Shown here in pieces: positions 28,675 to 36,049 of a stretch of DNA of 51,104 nt (positions are counted from its first letter, which is position 1; each line of letters opens with the position of its first letter). Below the pieces are notes generated by a model, which ran no database searches, was not told the DNA's origin, and saw only the letters and a list, made by a program, of their open reading frames with translations. Both the position numbers and the translations under genes were made by a program. The stretch comes from a virus (lineage: Duplodnaviria > Caudoviricetes): positions 1 to 51,104 of IMG/VR virus record IMGVR_UViG_3300009678_000070, one strand, 5' to 3'.

Positions 28675-29052
28675 TTACTCGCCGACTGCCGACTGGCGAG
28701 TCTTGCGTTTGTTGTGCTTTTCAACTTCTGCTGTCAGGTCGAAGTACGCCTGACCTTTCGCGGTGATGCTGGTAACGTAGACTTCCGCAGCCTCGCTGAC
28801 CTCGACACCTTGCGGGACGTACCAACTTATCTCATACGATGCGTCGCTTGGCGCTTCAACGCGGCAGCACCATATGTAAACGCCCGGCCCACCTTCCTTC
28901 TGCGCGCGCGCCACCATCGGCTTGAGACTCGAACGAAACGAACTTACCAGTCCGTCGAGCGCTTCCTTGCGGGTGTCCGCGGTCTTCCAGCCGAACACGG
29001 TGGCCGCATAGTAGTGATGGCCTTGCTCTTGCTTTGCTTTGCTTGTAGTCAT
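28675..29052 (-). CDS. hypothetical protein
   Basis: 125 aa between two array elements. Confidence 0.8.
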   Translation of the reverse strand: MTTSKAKQEQGHHYYAATVFGWKTADTRKEALDGLVSSFRSSLKPMVARAQKEGGPGVYIWCCRVEAPSDASYEISWYVPQGVEVSEAAEVYVTSITAKGQAYFDLTAEVEKHNKRKTRQSAVGE

Positions 29053-29116
29053 TTCTATTCCTCAGTTGTGGTTGGTGAATATCAAAAAGCGCACGGCTCG
29101 CGTGCGCTTGAGTTAT

Positions 29117-29332
29117 TCACTTGGTCGTTTCTATTGCCCACATCAAGCAATCGAATTGACCTTCGCTGTATCCGTCCTCGTCGTCCTCGTCCTGCTTGTC
29201 GCGTATGTCCCACAGATGATGCACCGTCTTGACGCTGCGCAGTTCTACGCGCTGACTATCGGTGAGTTCCATATCGGTGCAAAACATTTCCAAGTAGGCG
29301 TCGTTCGCAACGGACAGTTGGCGTTTGTTCAT
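29117..29332 (-). CDS. small acidic hypothetical protein
   Basis: DEDDEDG tract; array RBS; stop inside the next element. Confidence 0.75.
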   Translation of the reverse strand: MNKRQLSVANDAYLEMFCTDMELTDSQRVELRSVKTVHHLWDIRDKQDEDDEDGYSEGQFDCLMWAIETTK

Positions 29333-29392
29333 TGGTAGTTCCTCAGTTGGTGAATATCAGAAAGCCCGCTGTCGCCAACGGGCTTGAGTCAT

Positions 29393-29584
29393 TCACTCAG
29401 TAAACGCAACTTCGTAGCCGTGCGTTTCGTATCGTGTCACGCGCAAGTCGTAGCCTTCTTCGCTAGGAAATACTTTTCTGAATACCTCAAGTGCTGCCGA
29501 CGTTTTGATCAGGTTAGTCAGTGACCGTTCGTGCGTCGCGAAAAAGTGCTTGCCGTTTTTGCTAACATTTATTTCGTAGTACAT
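29393..29584 (-). CDS. small hypothetical protein
   Basis: YEINVSKNGKHFFAT..FPSEEGY; array RBS; stop inside the next element. Confidence 0.8.
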   Translation of the reverse strand: MYYEINVSKNGKHFFATHERSLTNLIKTSAALEVFRKVFPSEEGYDLRVTRYETHGYEVAFTE

Positions 29585-29649
29585 TGTCGTTCCTCAGTTG
29601 GTTTGCGTTGAACTAACAAGCCCGCGCATCGCACGGGCTTGGTGGTTCA

Positions 29650-29988
29650 TTAATCTTCGTCGCCGAAGTCTTCGGCGATTTCTTTGCACAGTTCGATCAG
29701 CGCGTCCTTCGCGCGCGTTTCTTCTGCATCAAGCATCAGTTCGTTGTCGAGCAGTTCGTCGTATTCTTCCTGACCATGATCGTAGTCTTCCAAAACTTCC
29801 TCGTACTCGGGCGTTCCTTCCTTGCCTTCGTCGCGCATCTTGTCGAGTTTGGCGCGCAGCATTGTCAGATCATCAAGCACTTCTTTCGCCTCGTCGCTGC
29901 GTGATCCTGCTCCGTCGCGCAATGCGTTTGCGCAGTCGCGCAGATCGGACAGCGTGTTTTGAAACCGGCAGTAACTCATGTTGCTCAT
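29650..29988 (-). CDS. acidic helical hypothetical protein
   Basis: MSNMSYCRFQNTLSDLRDC start; very D/E-rich. Confidence 0.8.
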   Translation of the reverse strand: MSNMSYCRFQNTLSDLRDCANALRDGAGSRSDEAKEVLDDLTMLRAKLDKMRDEGKEGTPEYEEVLEDYDHGQEEYDELLDNELMLDAEETRAKDALIELCKEIAEDFGDED

Positions 29989-30057
29989 TGGTCGTTCCTC
30001 AGTTGGTGAATATCAAAGGACGCGCTCAACGAGTGCGTCCGAGTTATTCACGCTTCG

Positions 30058-30273
30058 TTACTTGTTCCAGTACGACCGCGGCGCAGTCTTGGCGAATGCT
30101 ACGTCCCATTCGTCTGCCAACTTATTCATGCGCGCTGCCGCTTTTGGATTGACTTCCGCGAGATCTTCACACGCGTTCTCGAATGCTTCGATGCCCGGTC
30201 CGTCCACAACCACATCGTTGTCAGCAAACAGTTGTCGGATTTCAGAATTGATTGTTCCTAATGTGCGTTTCAT
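30058..30273 (-). CDS. small hypothetical protein
   Basis: between array elements. Confidence 0.75.
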   Translation of the reverse strand: MKRTLGTINSEIRQLFADNDVVVDGPGIEAFENACEDLAEVNPKAAARMNKLADEWDVAFAKTAPRSYWNK

Positions 30274-30336
30274 TTTCTAACCCTCAGTTGGTTTGCGTTG
30301 AACTAACAAGCCCGCGCATCGCACGGGCTTGGTGGT

Positions 30337-30444
30337 TCATTCACTCGCTGGCGTTTCGTGTTTGACATGCGCGAGAATTTGCGCGGCCAGTTGATCGTCG
30401 TGCCTCGCCAACAGCGCGAGTAGTTCCAGAAGTTCGTTGGTCAT
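30337..30444 (-). CDS. 35-aa peptide (not in the ORF track)
   Basis: MTNELLELLALLARHDDQLAAQILAHVKHETPASE; array RBS; stop inside the next element. Confidence 0.65.
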   Translation of the reverse strand: MTNELLELLALLARHDDQLAAQILAHVKHETPASE

Positions 30445-30515
30445 GGTCGTTCCTCAGTTGATGTGGGTTGAACTAACAAGCACTCGCTTGCGCGAATGCT
30501 TGGTGGTTCATTGTG

Positions 30516-30707
30516 TCAGTCCGTCATGTTGCAAGCGTCAAGAAAACGTTCGCGGTCGAAGGTCGGGTTGTCGCGTTTGCATATGCTCGCGAGTTCGCGC
30601 GCAATGGTGCGTCGTGTCGCGTTCGCTGCTTCGGCAGCCTTGCCGTAACCGGGCAGTTTGCAACCAGCGATAACGTTGGCGAGTTCAATGTAGTCTTTGC
30701 GTGACAT
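30516..30707 (-). CDS. small hypothetical protein
   Basis: MSRKDYIELA...DNPTFDRERFLDAC; array RBS. Confidence 0.8.
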   Translation of the reverse strand: MSRKDYIELANVIAGCKLPGYGKAAEAANATRRTIARELASICKRDNPTFDRERFLDACNMTD

Positions 30708-30787
30708 GTTTGTTTCCTCAGTTGATACAGTTCGGATTGAACTAACATGCCCGCTCGATTGAACGGACATGGTGGTTCAGTTTGCTG

Positions 30788-31015
30788 CTACCAAGTCGAC
30801 TCGCCTGCTTCGTGGTTGCGTACATGATCGATGCTGCCGTCTGAATCGACGACGATGTACCAATGCTCGCCCGCCTTGTTCGTATGCGCGTTCCATGCTT
30901 CGTCGTGATCGCTGCCCGTTTGCCAGTTGCTTGAAACGTCAAGCACCTTTTCGAGCATCATCATTGCTTGAACTTGTGCAGACGGTGCGGTGTCGATGTT
31001 GAATGCGTGTGCCAT
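30788..31015 (-). CDS. small hypothetical protein
   Basis: start follows an array RBS. Confidence 0.7.
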   Translation of the reverse strand: MAHAFNIDTAPSAQVQAMMMLEKVLDVSSNWQTGSDHDEAWNAHTNKAGEHWYIVVDSDGSIDHVRNHEAGESTW

Positions 31016-31085
31016 GTTTGTATCCTCAGTTGATTGGTGAAAATCAAAAAGCCCGCTCATCGAACGGGCTTGAGGCTTTCACTTT

Positions 31086-31319
31086 CTAGCGGTATGCGGT
31101 CGCTTTTGACGACCATGCTTCGTAGTTGTCCGAGTTGTATGCGAAGTTCGCGCGCAACTCGTCGTCGGTCATGTCAGGAAACCATCCCGAAGGAATGTAA
31201 TCCGCTGGGCCGTCGTAACCTTTCGCGGGCGTGATCGTCCACAACTTGATGTGCCGATCCCACCAGAGTTCGATTTTCGGAAACTCTTTCGCGATTTCTT
31301 TTGCTTCTTTGGTATTCAT
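31086..31319 (-). CDS. small hypothetical protein
   Basis: start follows an array RBS. Confidence 0.75.
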   Translation of the reverse strand: MNTKEAKEIAKEFPKIELWWDRHIKLWTITPAKGYDGPADYIPSGWFPDMTDDELRANFAYNSDNYEAWSSKATAYR

Positions 31320-31390
31320 TTTGTCGTTCCTCAGTTGGTGAATATCAGAGGGAGCATTCTTGCGAATGCTCCCGAGTTATTCACTTTTGT

Positions 31391-31615
31391 TCAGTAGTAA
31401 CTGCGCTCGGAAAGTGCTCGTGCTTTGTAACTGTACGATGTGAGGCCGTCGCGTTTTTGTGCTGCGGTGTGCAACTTGTTCGCGTATTGTTCGGCTTGCT
31501 CGTGCGTGCCGACCCATTGCTTGCCAGCCTCACGAAGCCATGCTTCGCGAGTGCCGGTGACGCCGCCCGATACGCGGCACCAAATTCCATGCGATACTTC
31601 GAATTGATTTTCCAT
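31391..31615 (-). CDS. small hypothetical protein
   Basis: WCRVSGGVTGTREAWL; array RBS. Confidence 0.75.
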   Translation of the reverse strand: MENQFEVSHGIWCRVSGGVTGTREAWLREAGKQWVGTHEQAEQYANKLHTAAQKRDGLTSYSYKARALSERSYY

Positions 31616-31694
31616 TTTGTGTTTCCTCAGTTGATGGTGAATGAAAATCAGCAAACGCATTGCCTAAGCAATGCGTTTGGAAAATCCACTCGGT

Positions 31695-31883
31695 TTAAAT
31701 CTGCCTGACGACCGTACCTGTTCTCTTACTGACGCGAAACTTCGCATACAGACACGCGCCTTTGAAAACGCAAACTTCGGTAAAGTTTTTCAAACTCCGC
31801 GTGATTAAAACTTCTGCGTCGTTTGGTGCATCGCAAAGAATCCGTAACAGATTTTTCTTTGCTTCGATTGCTACTGCGTTCAT
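31695..31883 (-). CDS. small basic hypothetical protein, first gene of the leftward array
   Basis: array RBS actgaggaacgacaATG. Confidence 0.75.
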   Translation of the reverse strand: MNAVAIEAKKNLLRILCDAPNDAEVLITRSLKNFTEVCVFKGACLYAKFRVSKRTGTVVRQI

Positions 31884-31979
31884 TGTCGTTCCTCAGTTTG
31901 AATTGCATGAGTGCCACTCGCGTCGTCGCGAACGGCTCATAATGAAATCCAAAACTGGTGAGCGGGTTTGAGAAAATGC

Positions 31980-32290
31980 TTGGGGTTAATTCCCCTCCCC
32001 GTTTCGGTTCTCGCGTCGGCTGGCGCCGACCGACCGACTAAACGGTTGCTACACGAACCTCTGAAACTTCGTGTAGCCCGACCCCACTATGCGGACCGGC
32101 GGACGATGGGACTTCCTGTTCGTCTCCCATCAGACGGACAACGTTGAAACCCCGGGTCGCCATGCGCGTGCGCGATTCGTTTCGGCTGAGGACCGTCGTC
32201 GTCGCGTGCGCATGGGTCGATGATGTACGCGTGCCGTGACTCACGTCGGGGCACTTCGTGCGTCGTTCATCGTTTGTGGGATACGTTGTC
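31980..32290 (-). ncRNA. candidate structured 5' leader with about six tandem hairpins
   Basis: inverted repeats near 31982-31995, 32015-32030, 32048-32077, 32105-32131, 32160-32215 and 32218-32272; no convincing CDS. Confidence 0.45.
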
Positions 32291-32298
32291 ACGTCGTC

Positions 32299-32327
32299 AT
32301 TATACGGCGCCGTCTCCGTGTCACCAA
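32299..32327 (-). promoter_or_regulatory. candidate sigma70 promoter for the leftward array
   Basis: - strand TTGGTG-N17-TATAAT. Confidence 0.55.
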
Positions 32328-32545
32328 AAGGTTTCATAGGCAACGAGTAATGTTTCACAGGCAACGAATTGTGGGCCGCGTCAACGTTGAGTCGTGCGAC
32401 GACATGTCATGGGGCGGGGCGCGAGGGATCGCGCGCCCTGCGCGATTCTGCGCGATTTGGGGGCATGGGGCGGGGCGTGCGTCGCGTCGTCGATTCGCGC
32501 TGGGGCGCGACACCTTGGCCGTGGCTGCGGTATAAATGGCCGGCC

Positions 32546-33577
32546 ATGCCAACGTCTCATCCGTCAGCAGCCGACCGGCCACGCCAGCCACTGGTCTTCG
32601 ACGCAGGCCAACAACTCAATGCGCCCGGTCGCTATGAGGATCGCTACGGTGGCTTCATGGGACTGTTTAAGTCCGTTGCCTATGCCTCACTGGACTTCGA
32701 TGTCACGGTGGAGAACGCACCGCCGACGTGGCGTCCACTGCTGCACGCGTTAGGCGCACAATTCTCTGGCGCGGCCACAATCGCGTTCCACGAAGATCGG
32801 GTGATCGCTGAAAGCGTGGCATCGTTCGTGGGCGCGCCCCTGCGCGCGCGCGACAGAACGGCGCTCGAGGCGTTTTGCGCGATGCGGCCTGAGACGGTCG
32901 ATGCGCTATGGAAGTGTGACTGTCAGTGGCGCGCACCGCGGACCGAGCGTGGCGTGTTCGCGACTTCGCTTCGTGACTTCTCGGTCACTTGCAACGGCTC
33001 GTTTTTCCGTGCCGAGATATTCGAGTACATGGATCAACTCAAGCACTATGTACCGCGCGCGCCGAACTTGGTGCTCGTGCCTTGCGCTGCCGACAAGCCT
33101 TATCCAAGTCCGTTGCACCAGATGGTCATAGATGCTCTGCCGGACGATTCGTGGGACATAATGAATGCAACTGGCGTACTCGGTCTCGTGCCGCGCGACC
33201 TGTGGGACTTCATGCCTCACTACGACAGCGGCATTCCGAATGAATGGCGACTGATGCATGTTGCCGCGTGGTATTTTCACAAGTGGCGAGCGCATTACAA
33301 ACGCATCGTCTGCCACACCGACTACTACAGCCTGTCGCTACTGCGCGCGTTTCAGTTGCTCGGATGGTCTGTCGGTACTCCGCCTGTGCCTGCGCAGCCG
33401 AGTATCCAATTCACTAGACCGATCAACTTTCACTACGACTACGAGGACCTCATGGGACGCACCGCGCTGGCGTGCCTGTCCGCCTCGCTGACTTCTGACT
33501 TCTCACATGTGGCCGGCTACCACGGCCTTACTGACCCGGTGTACTACTTTTTCAACGAACAACGGACACGACAATGA
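32546..33577 (+). CDS. ArcS/DUF5591-like protein (preQ0-tailoring candidate)
   Basis: VLVPCAADKPYPSPLH, LGLVPRDLW and MPHYDSGIP resemble the PCxxxKPY / GxVPxE / YD motifs of archaeosine synthase; stop overlaps queC; start uncertain (32546 or 32657). Confidence 0.65.
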   Translation: MPTSHPSAADRPRQPLVFDAGQQLNAPGRYEDRYGGFMGLFKSVAYASLDFDVTVENAPPTWRPLLHALGAQFSGAATIAFHEDRVIAESVASFVGAPLRARDRTALEAFCAMRPETVDALWKCDCQWRAPRTERGVFATSLRDFSVTCNGSFFRAEIFEYMDQLKHYVPRAPNLVLVPCAADKPYPSPLHQMVIDALPDDSWDIMNATGVLGLVPRDLWDFMPHYDSGIPNEWRLMHVAAWYFHKWRAHYKRIVCHTDYYSLSLLRAFQLLGWSVGTPPVPAQPSIQFTRPINFHYDYEDLMGRTALACLSASLTSDFSHVAGYHGLTDPVYYFFNEQRTRQ

Positions 33578-34341
33578 CAAACGCGATGGTTGTCCTCTCA
33601 GGAGGGCAGGACAGTGCAACCTGTTTGGCTTGTGCGCTGCACACCTACGACAATGTGCGGGCGGTCACGTTCGACTACGGCCAAAGGCATCGGATCGAGT
33701 TGGTTCAGGCGGTCGCAATCATCGAACGCGCAAGCCAGTTATCAGGTCGTCGTATACCACACGATCTGGTGAAGGTGCCTGATGTTCTGATCGGCACGAG
33801 TCCGTTGACAAACAGGGAGCAAGTGGTCGAACTGTACGAATCGGCAGACACACTTCCGGGCGGTCTGGAAAAAACGTTTGTCCCCGGTCGCAATATTCTG
33901 TTCCTAGCCATCGCGGCCAGCCGAGGGTACGTTCACTTCGACGGAGACCCGTTCTTGTTAGTGACCGGCGTTAGTCAAGAGGACTTCGGCGGCTACCCGG
34001 ACTGCCGCTCTACATTCATGGAAGCGATGCAGACCTCTCTCAATCGCGGTCTATATCTAGACGATTCTCTACAGAATGTTGTAATCGAAACGCCGCTCAT
34101 CTACTTGAGCAAGGCGGACACGGTGCGACTTGCGCGCGATACCGAATTCGGAATGGAACTCGTCGGTCTGTCGCACACTTGCTACAACGGGTTGCGCGGT
34201 ACGGTCCATGACGACGGATCTGTAACGGTTGGTTGCGGTCACTGCCACGCTTGTCTGTTGCGATCACGCGGGTTCGCTGATGCTGGGATCGAAGATCCTG
34301 CCAAGTCCTTGCTTGCAACAGACCTACTGCAGGCAGGTTAG
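33574..34341 (+). CDS. queC: 7-cyano-7-deazaguanine (preQ0) synthase
   Basis: VVLSGGQDSATCL, FDYGQRH, TFVPGRN, GYPDCR, HTCY, CGHCHAC. Confidence 0.96.
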   Translation: MTNAMVVLSGGQDSATCLACALHTYDNVRAVTFDYGQRHRIELVQAVAIIERASQLSGRRIPHDLVKVPDVLIGTSPLTNREQVVELYESADTLPGGLEKTFVPGRNILFLAIAASRGYVHFDGDPFLLVTGVSQEDFGGYPDCRSTFMEAMQTSLNRGLYLDDSLQNVVIETPLIYLSKADTVRLARDTEFGMELVGLSHTCYNGLRGTVHDDGSVTVGCGHCHACLLRSRGFADAGIEDPAKSLLATDLLQAG

Positions 34342-34351
34342 TCGGGTTCGG

Positions 34352-34681
34352 CTACGTCGCGTAGGGTGTCCACGCGGCGGCTGGCTGACGCTTTCGCCAC
34401 GGTCGACGACCGACGCCCTGCACCCTTCGGAACGCGTCTTGTGCGTCGTCTCGTTCAGCGTCGCGTAACGCTTGATCGACTGTGCCAGCCATCGCTGTCA
34501 GTTCTCGATGCAGACCGTCAATCCACTTTTCGTCCGGCTCGTGGTCCAAGTCTTCGATCAGCGCATTTTTCAATTCGACGCACAGGCGTAACTGGTGACG
34601 GTCAACGCCGCCGACCTCGAGCAGCACTTGCAGCAGCACGCCATTCGCGATTTGTGCAGCATGTTGGTTGTCGTCATTCAT
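34352..34681 (-). CDS. hypothetical protein
   Basis: RBS gagg before MNDDNQ. Confidence 0.65.
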   Translation of the reverse strand: MNDDNQHAAQIANGVLLQVLLEVGGVDRHQLRLCVELKNALIEDLDHEPDEKWIDGLHRELTAMAGTVDQALRDAERDDAQDAFRRVQGVGRRPWRKRQPAAAWTPYAT

Positions 34682-34694
34682 CCGTCGCGCGCCT

Positions 34695-34889
34695 CTAATG
34701 GTCGGATTCGATCCACATTTCGCCACCCATGAGGCTCACGTACTCGCGGCCGTCTGTCGCCGCTTTCATGCGCTCGGCATTCTCCGCTTCACACTCCGGG
34801 CAGAACTCGCCGTCCATTTCGCAGCCGTGCAGGCTGCACACTTCCGGTTCGTCGTCGCCGACGATCATTAGGTACTGTAGGAGATTCAT
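34695..34889 (-). CDS. small Cys-containing protein with ERMKAA module
   Basis: CSLHG..FCPEC; AERMKAA. Confidence 0.7.
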   Translation of the reverse strand: MNLLQYLMIVGDDEPEVCSLHGCEMDGEFCPECEAENAERMKAATDGREYVSLMGGEMWIESDH

Positions 34890-34925
34890 CCGCAGGACTC
34901 CGGTCGCTGCTCGCTCGTGATTACT

Positions 34926-35162
34926 TCAGCACAATCCCGTCTTTTTAATTCCATCCTGCTCGGACGCTTTCATGCGCCCGGCATCAATGCGACAGCCACT
35001 TAACACAACGGTCGCGCGCCATGTTTCGCTAATTTCGGCAGTTAACTCAATGCGCACGACGCCATCAATTTCGATGTCGTCAACGAAAAGACGAGTGCCG
35101 ACTGTGTACTGTGCGCCGTCTTGCGCGTACTGAAGTCCCGGAACAATGCGCACGACACTCAT
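34926..35162 (-). CDS. small hypothetical protein
   Basis: start overlaps the upstream stop; AGRMKAS. Confidence 0.7.
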   Translation of the reverse strand: MSVVRIVPGLQYAQDGAQYTVGTRLFVDDIEIDGVVRIELTAEISETWRATVVLSGCRIDAGRMKASEQDGIKKTGLC

Positions 35163-35470
35163 TCGGGACCTGCCGCTTTCATGCGCTCGGCTTGGAAGTG
35201 CTCCCATGCGAGTTCGATGGTGGCTACGACTTTCGATTCTGTCATTGTAAAAATGTAATTTTTCCCTATGCGGAATCCGGCCTCGAACGCATCGCGCTGC
35301 TCAGCCCGCAGTCGCGCGTTCTCAGCAGTCAGGCGCTCGATTTCTTTCTGGCTTAACTCGCCATTGAGTTTATGCGCCTGTTCCATCGCTTCCTGTTTGC
35401 TTGAAAATTTCGACTTGAAGTGCCAACGATTCTCAGAGTCGAAATAGCCAACCGTGAAAGTATTTTTCAT
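35159..35470 (-). CDS. hypothetical mosaic protein
   Basis: overlap-coupled; ends IELAWEHFQAERMKAAGPE. Confidence 0.75.
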   Translation of the reverse strand: MKNTFTVGYFDSENRWHFKSKFSSKQEAMEQAHKLNGELSQKEIERLTAENARLRAEQRDAFEAGFRIGKNYIFTMTESKVVATIELAWEHFQAERMKAAGPE

Positions 35471-36039
35471 CCGCAGGGTTCCTCAGTCGATGTCGCGCCT
35501 TTCATGTCCGCGCCGGGCGGATATTTTGGCTTGCATGTGCAAGGTGCAGGTCCGTCACTTGTCACGTACTCACAGTCTCGTGAGTGCTTCGGTGAAGTTG
35601 CCTCGGCCTCGTCTGGCGTTAATCTTCGCCGTCCTTCGCATGACGATTCCTCAGTCGATGCCGCCGCTTTCATGCGCGCGGCTTGAAAGTGTTCCCATGA
35701 GAGTTCGATGCGTTTTGACTTGGATGTTTCGTCGGAACTATCCGCGATCCAATTGACGCCGACTTGGAATCCAGCCTCGAACGCCTCGCGCGGCGTGATC
35801 GCGGAGTCTCGCTTCGGCGTACTCCCGCCGTCGCCGATTACAAGCGGCACATACGCGACTCGTTCTTCGATTGTCACTAACTGTTCAGTCGCTGCGAACT
35901 GTCTGCCGTCAGTACCGCCTCCGCCTGCGCCACCAATGGCAATGGTCACGCAGTAGCCTTCGTGATCCTTCGGCAGTCCACAGGTCACGCGCCACTCGCG
36001 CAGCGTGTCGATGTGCTTCCCGCATAGTTCCGTTTTCAT
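35467..36039 (-). CDS. hypothetical mosaic protein
   Basis: RBS actgaggg; contains IELSWEHFQAARMKAAASTEE and DMKGATSTEE. Confidence 0.75.
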   Translation of the reverse strand: MKTELCGKHIDTLREWRVTCGLPKDHEGYCVTIAIGGAGGGGTDGRQFAATEQLVTIEERVAYVPLVIGDGGSTPKRDSAITPREAFEAGFQVGVNWIADSSDETSKSKRIELSWEHFQAARMKAAASTEESSCEGRRRLTPDEAEATSPKHSRDCEYVTSDGPAPCTCKPKYPPGADMKGATSTEEPCG

Positions 36040-36049
36040 TTATTCGCCC

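Larger units (their letters stand above)
24543..31945 (-). repeat. array of about 20 intergenic hairpin + AACUGAGG RBS elements (RNase III-site-like)
   Basis: cctcagt-initiated copies at 24543, 25140, 25805, 26065, 26630, 27801, 28074, 28338, 28622, 29060, 29341, 29592, 29997, 30282, 30452, 30716, 31024, 31329, 31625, 31891. Type 1 (- strand): AGUGAAUA-ACUC-stem-UUUGA-UAUUCAC. Type 2: UGAAC-CAC-stem-UUA-GUUCA. The two copies at each end are degenerate. Confidence 0.93.

Noticed and set aside
24543-31945. CRISPR array
   Set aside because: Repeats are separated by 100-1100 nt ORFs rather than 30-40 nt spacers, vary internally, and no cas genes are present.
24543-31945. Classical integron with attC sites
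   Set aside because: No IntI-like tyrosine recombinase seen, and the elements lack properly paired RYYYAAC/GTTRRRY ends. GNRA loops and sense-strand U-G wobbles favour an RNA role. Action of a host recombinase in trans is not excluded.
32369-32545. N-terminal extension of the ArcS-like ORF given in the ORF track
   Set aside because: Low-complexity GC-rich translation with no RBS; a TATAAA box at 32531 suggests this stretch is promoter DNA.
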